This document shows, piece by piece, positions 1 to 11,748 of a stretch of DNA of 53,121 bases (its first letter is position 1; each line of letters starts with the position of its first letter). The notes below the pieces were generated by a model. It saw only the letters and a list, made by a program, of their open reading frames with translations. It was not told the DNA's origin and did no database searches. The position numbers and the translations under genes are program-made. Source of the DNA: an uncultured Chloroflexia bacterium. Its GTDB lineage: Bacteria > Chloroflexota > Anaerolineae > B4-G1 > SLSP01. The stretch spans positions 1-53,121 of the forward strand of contig CAVVUS010000026.1 in assembly GCA_963751345.1 (NCBI GenBank), written 5' to 3'.

Positions 1-1
1 C

Positions 2-1066
<1,065 letters not shown>

Positions 1067-1107
1067 GTGGTGAGCACTACGACCTGCTTAGTCGCGAAGG
1101 AGCCCTA

Positions 1108-1812
<705 letters not shown>

Positions 1813-1820
1813 ACCAACGC

Positions 1821-3668
1821 ATGTTCTCTTCAATCTGGTGGCGGATCACGGTGCCTTACATCGTCATCCTCTTAGTGGTGACGTTGGGGCTCGCGCTGTA
1901 TCTCTCGGCCGAGGTACGCACGGCACGCCTTGACGACCTGAGCAGCCATCTCCTCGACGAAGCCGCGTTGATGGCGGACGCACTGCGGGCGCCACTTACG
2001 GCCCCTGGTGGGGTCGCTGTCACTGACCTGAGCAGTCAGGCACGCGCGTGGTCGGATGAACTCGGGCAGCGGGTTACGATCATTGGGCCCGATGGAACCG
2101 TTCTGGGCGAATCGGATGCCAACTATGTGGAAATGGAGAACCATCTCCTGCGCCCCGAGATCCAGCAGGCACTGAAGGCCGGCAGAGGAACGTCAACGCG
2201 ATTCAGCCAGACACTCAAAACGGAAGTCATGTACGCCGCCGTCACCGTCACACAGGATGACCAGATTGTGGGCTTCGCGCGCGTCGCCCTGCCCCTTACA
2301 GCCATCGAGGCCAACGTCAGCCGGTTGAACCGCACCCTGATCCTCTCAGGCGCCGTGGCGGGTCTCGTCGCGGTGGTGCTGGCCACCTATGTAGCCTCCC
2401 GCACAATAGGCCCGGTCCGCCGGCTGACCGAGGCGGTCGAACGGATGGCGGCGGGCGATCTCAGCAGCCGCCTCCTGCCCACGACACACGATGAGGTCGG
2501 CACATTGACCCGATCGTTCAACGACATGGTCGACCAACTGCAGGAGAAGGTCAGCCATCTGGCCCTGGAGCAGGCTCGATTGTCTGCCGTGCTCGAGCAC
2601 ATGGCTGACGGGGTTATCATCACAGACGAGGACGGCACCGTCGTGATGATCAACGCAGCCGCTGCTCGGATTCTCAGGTACGATGAGGAGAGGGCGATCG
2701 GCCGCCGCTTCTCTCAGGTCGCCTATAGCCACCAGCTGATTGACCTGTGGAACCGCGCCTACGAGACCCAGGAAGAGCAAAACGACACGGTGGAGACCCT
2801 CCTCTACGGCAACTTCCTGCACGCGGTGATCACGCCGCTCCGGGGATCGGCGCCACCGAGGTACCTGGTGATGTTGCAGGACCTGACGCACATTCGCCGG
2901 CTGGAGACGATACGGCGGGATTTCATCAGCAACATCTCGCACGAGCTACGCACGCCGTTGGCCTCGCTCTCGCTGGTGGTCGAGACGCTGCGGGATGGGG
3001 CCATCGACGACCCGCCCGCGGCGCGACGTTTCCTATCACATATGGAGACGGAGCTGGCGTCCCTGACGCAGATGGTCGAGGAGCTGCTGGAGCTCTCGCG
3101 CATCGAGTCAGGGCGCGTGCCACTTGAGATTCGATCGACGCGGGTCAGGAAGCTGGTCCAGAAGCCGGTCAAGCGCCTGCAACCTCAAGCAGAGCGCAAG
3201 AGCGTCACGCTGAGCATCGCCATCCCGGACGATCTACCCCGCGTTATGGCGGACGCCAAGCGAATCCAGCAGGTTGTGACCAACCTGGTCCATAACGCGA
3301 TCAAATTCACGCCGCCGGGCGGAACTATCACCGTCTTCGCGCGGCTTGGCGAGCCCTCAAAGGAATCGGGGCGTTCCCCGGAGAACACTGAGGCGCCTTC
3401 TGCCGTCGAGGCAGCTCGAGAGATCATCCTTGGCGTGACGGATACCGGCATCGGCATTCCCGAGGGCGACATCGAGCGCATCTTCGAGCGGTTCTTCAAG
3501 ACGGATCGCGCCCGCGCGCAGGAAGGCACCGGCCTGGGGCTAGCCATCAGCAAGCACATCGTCCAGGGACACGGCGGGCGCATCTGGGTCGAGAGCCTCG
3601 AGGGCGTGGGAAGTACGTTCTACTTCAGTTTGCCGGTCGCTCCGAAACCTGCCCCGCAGTTAGAATAG
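1821..3668 (+). CDS. phoR: PhoR-like sensor histidine kinase (2 TM, HAMP, PAS, HisKA, HATPase)
   Basis: ENHLLRPEI extracytoplasmic motif, SHELRTPL H-box, NLVHNAIKF, DTGIGI, GTGLGLAI. Confidence 0.88.
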   Translation: MFSSIWWRITVPYIVILLVVTLGLALYLSAEVRTARLDDLSSHLLDEAALMADALRAPLTAPGGVAVTDLSSQARAWSDELGQRVTIIGPDGTVLGESDANYVEMENHLLRPEIQQALKAGRGTSTRFSQTLKTEVMYAAVTVTQDDQIVGFARVALPLTAIEANVSRLNRTLILSGAVAGLVAVVLATYVASRTIGPVRRLTEAVERMAAGDLSSRLLPTTHDEVGTLTRSFNDMVDQLQEKVSHLALEQARLSAVLEHMADGVIITDEDGTVVMINAAAARILRYDEERAIGRRFSQVAYSHQLIDLWNRAYETQEEQNDTVETLLYGNFLHAVITPLRGSAPPRYLVMLQDLTHIRRLETIRRDFISNISHELRTPLASLSLVVETLRDGAIDDPPAARRFLSHMETELASLTQMVEELLELSRIESGRVPLEIRSTRVRKLVQKPVKRLQPQAERKSVTLSIAIPDDLPRVMADAKRIQQVVTNLVHNAIKFTPPGGTITVFARLGEPSKESGRSPENTEAPSAVEAAREIILGVTDTGIGIPEGDIERIFERFFKTDRARAQEGTGLGLAISKHIVQGHGGRIWVESLEGVGSTFYFSLPVAPKPAPQLE

Positions 3669-3735
3669 GGTTCCCCGGCTTCACAGCCTCTCTCCTTCCG
3701 ATTGGGCCAGGCGAATTCGCACATCTTCGCGACGC

Positions 3736-3773
3736 TTAACAAATCGTTAACGTCGCACACAAGATGCGTTAAC
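3736..3773 (+). promoter_or_regulatory. Putative Pho box upstream of pstS
   Basis: TTAAC at 3736, 3747 and 3769 (11- and 22-bp spacing), the tandem geometry bound by PhoB/PhoP. Confidence 0.7.
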
Positions 3774-3829
3774 CTCGAGATGCTAATCTTCCTGGCGATG
3801 AAAACACATAATCGCAAGGAGAAGATTGA

Positions 3830-4940
3830 ATGCGTCGTCTATGGTTAGCCCCTTTTGTCTTGATAGCTTTGTTGGTGACCGCGTGCGGAGGCGCCGCGCC
3901 GGTGTCGCCGACGGCGACACCCCAGACGATGGCGCCCACCGATACGCAGGCTGCCGCAGCCGGCTCGATCCAGATCAGCGGCGCCGGCGCCACTTTTCCC
4001 TACCCCCTGTACAGCCGCTGGTTCTTCGAGTACGCCAAGGTAGATCCATCGGTCCAGTTCAACTACCAGGCCATCGGCTCGGGCGGCGGCATCCAGCAGA
4101 TTACGGCGAAGACGGTCGACTTCGCCGGCTCGGACGCCATCCTGAGCCAGGAGCAGCTCGATGCCGCGGCAGGAGTTCAGATGTTCCCGTCGGTGGCGGG
4201 TGCGGTCGTGCCCACCTACAACGTCGCCGAGCTCAAGGACGCGAGCCCGCTCGTGCTCGATGGGGCAACCTTCAGCGGCATCTTCCTGGGCACCATCACC
4301 AAGTGGAACGACCCCGCCATCGCCGCTCTGAACCCCGACCTCACGCTGCCTGACAAGGACATCATCGTCGTGCACCGCTCCGACGGCTCGGGCACCACCT
4401 TCATCTTCACCAGCTATCTCTCGGCCGTCAGCACCGATTGGGAGAGCACCGTCGGCAGCAGCACGTCGGTCGAGTGGCCGGTCGGCCTCGGGGGCAAAGG
4501 CAACGATGGGGTCTCGGGCACCGTCAGCCAGAATGACGGAGCCATCGGCTACGTCGAGCTGGCCTATGCCCAACAGAACAATCTGCCGATCGCGCAGCTC
4601 GTCAACGCCGCCGGCAACACGGTGACGGCCTCACCCGAGACGACCCAGAACGCAATGGCTGACTTCGGCAACGATATGCCGGCTACGCTGGCCCGTCTCA
4701 TCGTTAACGCGCCCGGGGCCAACTCCTGGCCGATCGCCGGGTACACTTTCCTGCTGCTCTACATGGACCAGACCGATTGCGCCAAGGCTCAGAAACTGGT
4801 GGCAGTTCATCCACTGGGCCCAGACGGATGGCCAGCCATACGCGCAGGAGCTGGACTACGTGCCGCTGCCCGACAACGTGCGCACGCTCGTCTTCGACAA
4901 GCTGGACCAGGTTACCTGCAACGGCCAGCCGCTTCCATGA
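3830..4940 (+). CDS. pstS: Phosphate ABC transporter substrate-binding lipoprotein (frameshift near 4803, probably a sequencing error)
   Basis: Lipobox VTAC, GAGATFPYPLY, IGSGGG, HRSDGSGTT; C-terminus continues in another frame (ELDYVPLP...GQPLP*) to TGA 4940. Confidence 0.95.
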
Positions 4941-4976
4941 GAGATTCGGCACGCCAGAGGCCATTGTGGGTTCCGT

Positions 4977-5014
4977 CCCGAGCGGACTCGGGCATCGGCC
5001 GAGCGGACTCGGGC
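4977..5014. repeat. Tandem pair of small hairpins CCGAG-CGGA-CTCGG
   Basis: 16-nt CCGAGCGGACTCGGGC at 4978 and 4999, each self-complementary, between pstS and pstC. Confidence 0.8.
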
Positions 5015-5045
5015 TTCTACCCAAAAGCTCTCGATTCGAGACAAT

Positions 5046-6036
5046 ATGACACAACGTGCACAAGATAGCAGTTCCGCCAGGCGCGACACCAGAACGCGCC
5101 TGGCGGCCTTCTGGCACCACGGCGACCGGCTCTATCAGGGGTTGCTCCTGGCGGCGGCGCTGCTGGTGCTGACCCTGGTGGCCGCCATCGGCTACGAGCT
5201 ATGGGGCAGTTCGAGCCTCTCCCGCCAGGCTTTCGGCCTGCGCTTTCTGGTCACCTCACGATGGGACCCGGCACTCAAGCAAGTCTTCGGCGCGCTGCCC
5301 TTCATCGGGGGCACGCTCGTCACGTCAATCGTCGCCCTGATCATCTCCGTGCCCCTCAGCCTGGGCGTCGCCATCTTCCTCTCGGAGCTGGCACCGACCT
5401 GGTTGCGCCAGCCGCTCGCCTTTGTGACTGAGCTGCTGGCAGCGGTCCCCAGCGTGGTCTACGGTCTGTGGGGGCTCTTCGTCTTCGTGCCTGTCATCGT
5501 GCACCCCATCGGCCAATCGCTGGCCGACGTGCTGGGTTTCATCCCATTCTTCGCCGGCCCGGTCTACGGTCCGAGCCGGCTGGCCGCGTCGCTCATCCTG
5601 GCCATCATGGTCGGGCCGACCATCGCGGCGATCAGCCGGGACGTGCTGCGTGCCATCCCCCAGACCCAACGGGAGGCGTCGCTGGCCCTCGGTGCTACAC
5701 GCTGGGAGATGATCTGGCAGGTGCTCCTGCCCTACGGGATATCCGGGCTGCTGGGCGCAGTGATCCTCGGCTTGGGGCGGGCCCTGGGCGAGACCATTGC
5801 GGTCACCATGGTCATCGGCAACAGCCTCAACACCGGCATCTCGCTGCTGCATCCCGGCTATACGATGGCCTCGGTCATCGCCAACGAGTTCACGGAGGCC
5901 ACCTCTCCCCTCTACCGCAACGCCCTGATCGAGATCGGCCTGATCCTCTTCTTCCTCACGCTGGCGCTGAATCTGGTGGCTCGCCTGTTGATCTGGCGGG
6001 TCGGTCGTCGAGGCTTGACGGGAGGCGCGGGCATGA
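5046..6036 (+). CDS. pstC: Phosphate ABC permease PstC (stop displaced by a 1-nt indel)
   Basis: ELLAAVPSVVYGLWG, REASLALGATRWE, GRALGETIAV, IANEFTEA; ATGA overlap with pstA at 6033-6036. Confidence 0.93.
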
Positions 6037-6922
6037 GTACAGACACGCTCGATCATCGATCCCAGGAGACGTGCGCGCCGGCGCAAAGTCGGAAGCGCGA
6101 TCATGTTGACGCTCTGCGGCCTGGCGACCGTCGTCTTCATCGCCCCGCTGATCTGGATTCTGGGCTACGTCATCAAAGAGGGCGGGCCGGCGCTCTCCCG
6201 GGGGTTCTTCACCCAACTCCCAACGCCGGTGGGCGTGCCGGGCGGGGGCGTGGCTAACGCCATCGTCGGCTCGGCGATCACCGTCGGGCTGGGGCTGTTG
6301 GTCGCCGCGCCGGTGGGCGTTCTCGCCGCCTTCTTCGTAGCCTTTCGTCCCAATACCCCGCTGGGCCTAGCGGTCCGGTTTGGCACAGACGTCATCGCGG
6401 GGGTGCCGTCAATCGTGATGGCCATCTTCGCCTACGCCCTGATCGTCTTGCCACAGCGCCACTTCTCCGCCTTCTCCGGCGGGATGGTGCTGTCGTTCAT
6501 CATGCTGCCCATCATCATCCGCTCCACCGAAGAGATGCTGAAGCTGGTACCCAATAGCCTGCGTGAGGGCTCGCTGGCACTGGGCGCAGCCGAGTGGCGG
6601 ACATCGCTCTCGGTCATCCTGCCCGCAGCGGGCAACGGAGTGCTCACCGGGATGATGCTGGCCATCGCGCGCGCCGCAGGCGAGGCCGCACCGATGCTCT
6701 TCACCGCCTTCGGCAATCCCTTTATGAGCGCCAGCCTGAACCAGCCCGTGGCGACGCTGCCGCACACGATCTACGTCTACGCCAATCTCGCCCTACGCCG
6801 ACTGGCGCGCCAAGGCCTGGGCCACAAGCCTGGTGCTGATCGTGCTGGTTCTGGCGCTCAACGTCGCGGCGCGCCTGATCGCCTGGTTGCGGGTCCGCCG
6901 GCTGGGGAGCGTGGTGCAATGA
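6033..6922 (+). CDS. pstA: Phosphate ABC permease PstA (indels near 6062 and 6785)
   Basis: [26 protein letters not shown]; reconstructed C-terminus ...[16 protein letters not shown]...VQ*. Confidence 0.92.
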
Positions 6923-7706
6923 TGGAACATGAGGGGGTGATGACCAAGATCTCAATCCGGAGCCTTTCGGTCTACCACCGCGCCTTTCGCGCCCTGGCGG
7001 ACGTCTCGCTGGAGATTCCGGCCAACCGCATCACGGCCATCATCGGCCCCTCGGGCGTCGGAAAGTCCACGCTCCTGCGGTCGATGAACCGCATGACCGA
7101 CCTCGTGCACGGGTGCGCGGACCGAGGGCCAGATCCTTCTCGATGAGCTGGAACATCCTGGAGCAGGACGTGGACGTCGTGGAGGTGCGCCGGCGCATCG
7201 GCATGGTCTTCCAGCGGCCCAATCCCTTCGCGAAGTCGATCTTCGACAACGTGGCGTACGGCCCGCGGCTCTACGGCGTGCGCGGCAGAGCGCTGGAGGC
7301 GCTCGTTGAGCACAGCCTGCGCTCGGCCGCGGTCTGGGACGAAGTGCGGGACGACCTCGGCAAGTCGGCGCTGGCGCTATCCGGCGGCCAACAACAGCGC
7401 ATCTGCATCGCGCGGGCGCTGGCGGTTCAGCCGGAGGTCATCCTGATGGACGAGCCGGCCTCGGCCCTCGACCCGATCGCCACACTCAAGATCGAGGAGC
7501 TCATCCGCGAGCTGGAGAAGGAATATACGATCGTGATCGTCACCCACAACATGCAGCAGGCGGCTCGCGTCTCGGACTTCACCGCGTTCTTCTACACCGA
7601 CGAGAGCCGCACCGGGCAGCTCGTGGAGTTCGGCGAGACGAAGAAGATCTTCACCAATCCCGAGGACGAGCGGACCGAGGACTATATCACGGGGCGGTTC
7701 GGGTAG
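6919..7706 (+). CDS. pstB: Phosphate ABC ATPase PstB (indels near 7113-7151)
   Basis: [55 protein letters not shown]. Confidence 0.95.
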
Positions 7707-7707
7707 A

Positions 7708-7737
7708 GGCAGCGGGCAGCGTGTCAGCCATCAGCAA
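7708..7737 (+). repeat. Short period-7 (T)CAGC tandem array
   Basis: CAGC at 7710, 7717, 7725 and 7732, immediately after the pstB stop. Confidence 0.55.
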
Positions 7738-7832
7738 TCGACGCTCCGGGTTCTGGAGCGCACCATCGTTATGGTGACGGGAAAGATGGAGGAACCGGAC
7801 TGGCGATGAGCTGCCACGCCTTGCGAAGGCTG

Positions 7833-7869
7833 GCCCGAGTCCCGGCTGAACTACGCCGGGAACTCGGGC
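7833..7869. terminator. GC-rich hairpin between convergent pstB and hypD
   Basis: GCCCGAGTCCCGGC / GCCGGGAACTCGGGC stem with one bulge and an 8-nt loop; no clear U-tract. Confidence 0.55.
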
Positions 7870-7897
7870 TTGACACCCTCGCAAGGTTCAGACGAGG

Positions 7898-10282
7898 TCA
7901 GAACACCTCGTGTTCGGTGCGGGCGATGATCTCGTCCTGCAGCGCCCTGCCCAGGTCGCAGAAGTAGTCGCTGTACCCCGCCACGCGCACGATCAGGTTC
8001 CGGTGCGCCTCGGGATCCGCCTGCGCCGCCCGCAGGGTGCTCGCGTCCACCACGTTGAACTGGATGTGGTGCCCGTTCAGGTCGAAGTAGGTCCGAACGA
8101 GGTGGACCAGGTGAGTCAGCCCCTCATCATCGGCGAGCAGCCGCGGCGTGAACTTCTGGTTGAGCAGCGTCCCGCCGGTGCGCACGTGATCCATCTTCGC
8201 CACCGACTTGATCACCGCCGTCGGTCCGGCTCGATCGGCGCCCTGCACGGGTGAGATGCCCTCTGACAGCGGTTTGCCCGCTTGCCGTCCGTCGGGCGTC
8301 GCACCGGTCACCGAGCCGAAGTAGACGTGACAGGTCGTGGGCAACAGGTTGATGTGATACGCGCCGCCCTTGGTGTTGGGGCGACCATCGACAGCGTCGA
8401 AGTAGGCCTCGAAGACCCGCACCATCAGGTCATCCGCACGGTCATCGTCGTTCCCATACCGCGGCGTGCGATTGAGCAGAAGCTGCCGTTCACGCTCACG
8501 CCCCTCGAAGTTAGCTTCCAGCACCGATAGCATGCCATCCATCGATAGCGTCTGGAGATCGTAGACGTGGGCCTTGAGCGCCGAAAGGGCATCCGTCATC
8601 GTGCCCAACCCCACGCCCTGAATATAGCTGGTATTGTAGCGCGCGCCGCCGTCGTGATAGTCCTTGCCGTTGGCAATGCAGTCGTCGATCAGCAGCGAGA
8701 GGAACGGCACCGGCATCTGTCGCGCATAGAGCCGCTCGATGACGTCGTTACCGCGCACCTTCACGTCGACAAAGTGGCGGAGCTGCCGCTCAAAGGCAGC
8801 AAAGAGCTCGTCGAAGGTCGCGAAGCTCCGAGGATCGCCTGTCTGCAAGCCGATCCGCTTGCCCGTTCGAGGATCGACGCCATTGTGCAGCGTGATCTCC
8901 AGCACCTTGGGCATGTTGAAGTAGCCGGTCAGGTTGTAGTTCTCCTTGCCAAACGCGCCGGTCTCCACGCATCCGCTCGTCCCGCCGCACCGCGCATCCA
9001 ATAGACTCTTCCCCTGCCGCAGCAGCTCCTCGATAATCAAGTCGGTGTTGAAGACCGACGGCTGCCCGAAGCCCGTGCGGATGATCTCCGCGGCACGCTT
9101 GATGAACGCGTCCGGGTTCTTCCGGCTCACCTGGATCGACGAACTCGGCTGCAGCAGCCGCATCTCCTCGATCACGTCCAGGAGCAGGAAGGTGACCTCG
9201 TTGACGCCGTCGTCGCCCTCAGGCGTCACGCCCCCGGTGTTGATCTGCGCGAAGTCGGTGTAGGTCCCACTCTCCTCCGCCGTGACCCCGACCTTCGGCG
9301 GCGCCGGCTGGTTGTTGAACTTGATCCAGAAACACTGCAGCAGCTCTTCGGCCGACGCTCGCGTCAGCGTGCCCTCCGCGATGCCACGGGCGTAGAAAGG
9401 ATACAGATGCTGGTCCAGCTTGCCGGGGTTGAACGCGTCCCAGGGGTTGAGCTCCGTGGTCACGCCGAGGTGGACGAACCAGTAGGTCTGCAGCGCCTCC
9501 CAGAAATCCCGCGGCGCGTGCGCGGGCACCCAAGCGCAGACCTCGGCGATCCGCAGCAACTCACCCTTGCGGGCCGGGTCAGGCTCCGTCGGCGGCCAAC
9601 TCCCGCGCCTTTTCCGCGTGTCGTTCCGCGAAGCGAATCACGGCGTCGGCCGCGATGGCCATCGCGTTCAGCTCGTCCTGCTTTGCGGGCGCGTCGGGGT
9701 CGTGCTCGAAGTCCAGCGCGGCGAGGGTGATCGCCACGTCGGCCTTCAGATCGAGCAGCCCCTTGCGGTAGATCTTGTCGTCCAGCGTGGTGTGCCCGGG
9801 CCCACGCTGCTCCATGAACTCGGTGAAGATGCCGGCGTCGTAGGCATCCTTCCAGGCCTCGGTCATCTCCGCGAAGATGCGCTCTCGCATCGTGCGCCCC
9901 TGCCAGAAGGGGATGATTCGCTCGGCGTAGATCGCGCGCGCCTCAGGGCTGACCTTGAAGGGGATCTTCTCACGCGCATCGAGGAGATCCAGGTCCTCCA
10001 GCGTGTGACAGCAAAGCTCGGGAAAGGTGGGGGCCGCTTTCGGCGCGGGCCCCTTCTCGCCGACGATCAGCTCACCGTCGTTGATGCAGATGGTCCGGTG
10101 CTCCATCAGGTAGCGGAAGGCCTCGGCGCGGCCGACCGCGTTCGCGCGCCGCAGAGGTACCGACTCACTTGCTGCTCGTGCACGGCGAAGGCCGTCATCA
10201 GCTCCGCCCGCTCGGTGGAGATGCTCGGCACCGCATCCAGGCTCTCCTGTCGCAACCGCGCCACCCGCTCTGTCATCGCCAT
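7898..10282 (-). CDS. hypD: Glycyl radical enzyme, trans-4-hydroxy-L-proline dehydratase type (split by indels near 10165 and 9580)
   Basis: TEFMEQRGPGH, WDAF.PG.LDQHL, KFNNQPAPPKVG, ESGTYTDF, GGTSGCVETG, LPTTCH.YFG, RVAGYS; these match the C. difficile HypD motifs as I recall them; GGAGG before ATG 10282. Confidence 0.85.
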
Positions 10283-10317
10283 ACGCTCGCCCTCCGGTCC
10301 ATTCGTGATCTGCGCCA

Positions 10318-10326
10318 ATAGTACCA
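10318..10326 (-). promoter_or_regulatory. Extended -10 promoter candidate for hypD
   Basis: TGG-TACTAT on the minus strand, about 35 nt before the start codon. Confidence 0.5.
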
Positions 10327-10372
10327 CAGAACAGCAGTAGCCGCTCTTGGTAGGGTCCTGGTCAGCCCGTCC

Positions 10373-10463
10373 CATAGGCATCAAGCAAAGGAGGCCGGAC
10401 CAGTGCCGGGGACTTCAGCAAAGATCCCCGGCACCATCTTCGCTCGTTAGCTTGATGCCTATG
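10373..10463. other. Nested inverted-repeat element (candidate ncRNA or MITE)
   Basis: Perfect 14-bp outer IR CATAGGCATCAAGC (10373-10386 / 10450-10463) and perfect 10-bp inner IR GTGCCGGGGA (10403-10412 / 10425-10434). Confidence 0.75.
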
Positions 10464-10510
10464 AGTGAGACGCCCGCTGTCCACAGATTGCCGTCGTCGA
10501 CCGACAATCC

Positions 10511-10538
10511 TTGGCACCTCACCGGACCGACGTATACT
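10511..10538 (+). promoter_or_regulatory. Sigma70-type promoter
   Basis: TTGGCA-N16-TATACT, ending 8 nt before ATG 10547. Confidence 0.6.
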
Positions 10539-10546
10539 CTGCCTCG

Positions 10547-11335
10547 ATGGAGAACTCACAGGGGACGCAGAACGAAATCCTCGATCAGCTTCTCACCACG
10601 CCGGCCGGCCTCGCGGTCTGTTGGCTGGGCAACCTGAGCTGGCTGATCCACGGCGCAGGGCAGCTCGTTGCCTTCGACCTCGACCTGGATCACGACCTGC
10701 GCCTCCGCCCCTCCCCTATCCCGACGGAGGAGATCGCGCCGGCGCTGGACGTGCTCTTCATCACCCACGAGCACGGCGATCACTTCAACGCCACGACGGG
10801 ATCCATCCTGGTTGAGCGGTCGGATTGCCTCTTCGTGATCCCGGCCAGTTGCGAGGCGAAGGCGCGCGCCATCGGCGTGCCCGACGCGCGACTCAGGATC
10901 GCGCGTCCACGGGAACCCTTTGACCTGCCCGGCATCCACGTAGAACCGCTGCGGGCGCTCCACGGGGACCGGCATCAGGCGGTCTACCGCCACGCCAACC
11001 TCGACGACTGCGGCTATGTGCTGACACTCGCCGGCCACCGCCTCCTGCAGCCGGGCGATTCGGTACTGCTGCAGGACCACCTGGAGCTGACCGGCATCGA
11101 CGTCCTCTTCGTCTCCCCCACCGACCACAACATGCGCGTCGAGCCGGCCTCGGTCCTGATCGAGGCGCTGCAGCCCAAGGCCATCTTCCCCCAGCACTTC
11201 GGAACGTACCGGGAGACGGGAGACAACGCCTTCTGGACCCACGGCTACCCGGACGAGCTCAAAGCGGCCCTTTCTAAGGTGATGCGGGACCGGTATCATA
11301 AGCTCGAGCAGGGCACGGTCTTCGCCGTCACGTGA
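10547..11335 (+). CDS. MBL-fold metallo-hydrolase (UlaG-like)
   Basis: WLGNLSWLI, THEHGDH, PGDS, PQHFGTY. Confidence 0.85.
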   Translation: MENSQGTQNEILDQLLTTPAGLAVCWLGNLSWLIHGAGQLVAFDLDLDHDLRLRPSPIPTEEIAPALDVLFITHEHGDHFNATTGSILVERSDCLFVIPASCEAKARAIGVPDARLRIARPREPFDLPGIHVEPLRALHGDRHQAVYRHANLDDCGYVLTLAGHRLLQPGDSVLLQDHLELTGIDVLFVSPTDHNMRVEPASVLIEALQPKAIFPQHFGTYRETGDNAFWTHGYPDELKAALSKVMRDRYHKLEQGTVFAVT

Positions 11336-11414
11336 GACACTCAGAGCATCCGGTGAGCCACAAGCGATCGCCCTTCGTGCCGTTCAGTGCGTACTGAACT
11401 CATAGCCAGACCAA

Positions 11415-11732
11415 ATGGAACAGCCCATGACATCAGAATACCTTTACCGCATCCAGCCCACCCGACCGTCTATGCTGGTCGACGGACCGACGCCGGATGA
11501 ATCCAGGATCATCTCCGAACACTTCGCCTACCTGAAATCACTCACGGAGGCGGGTGTCCTGATCCTCGCGGGGCGCACCCTCAACACCGACCCCAGCAGT
11601 TTCGGTATCGTGATCTTCCGTGCGGACTCGCCCGAGCAGGCTATAGCGGTGATGGCGAATGATCCCGCGGTCCACAGGGGCGTGATGCAGGCAACGCTCT
11701 TCCCCTACCGTATCGCCCTGATGGCCACCTAG
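11415..11732 (+). CDS. YCII-related domain protein
   Basis: HFAYLK..., LAGRTL, NDPAV..G.M.A.L.PY pattern. Confidence 0.8.
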   Translation: MEQPMTSEYLYRIQPTRPSMLVDGPTPDESRIISEHFAYLKSLTEAGVLILAGRTLNTDPSSFGIVIFRADSPEQAIAVMANDPAVHRGVMQATLFPYRIALMAT

Positions 11733-11748
11733 GTCACCGCGATCCGCC

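Noticed and set aside
5046-7146. PstC-PstA and PstA-PstB fusion ORFs in the track
   Set aside because: Explained by single-base indels near ATGA-type overlaps; normal termini are recoverable in adjacent frames.
7898-10282. Pyruvate formate-lyase call
   Set aside because: It has a single-Cys GCVE motif rather than the adjacent Cys-Cys of PFL, and the other motifs fit HypD.
10373-10463. Riboswitch or SRP RNA call
   Set aside because: It lies outside both predicted leaders, and I could not recognise an SRP or aptamer consensus.
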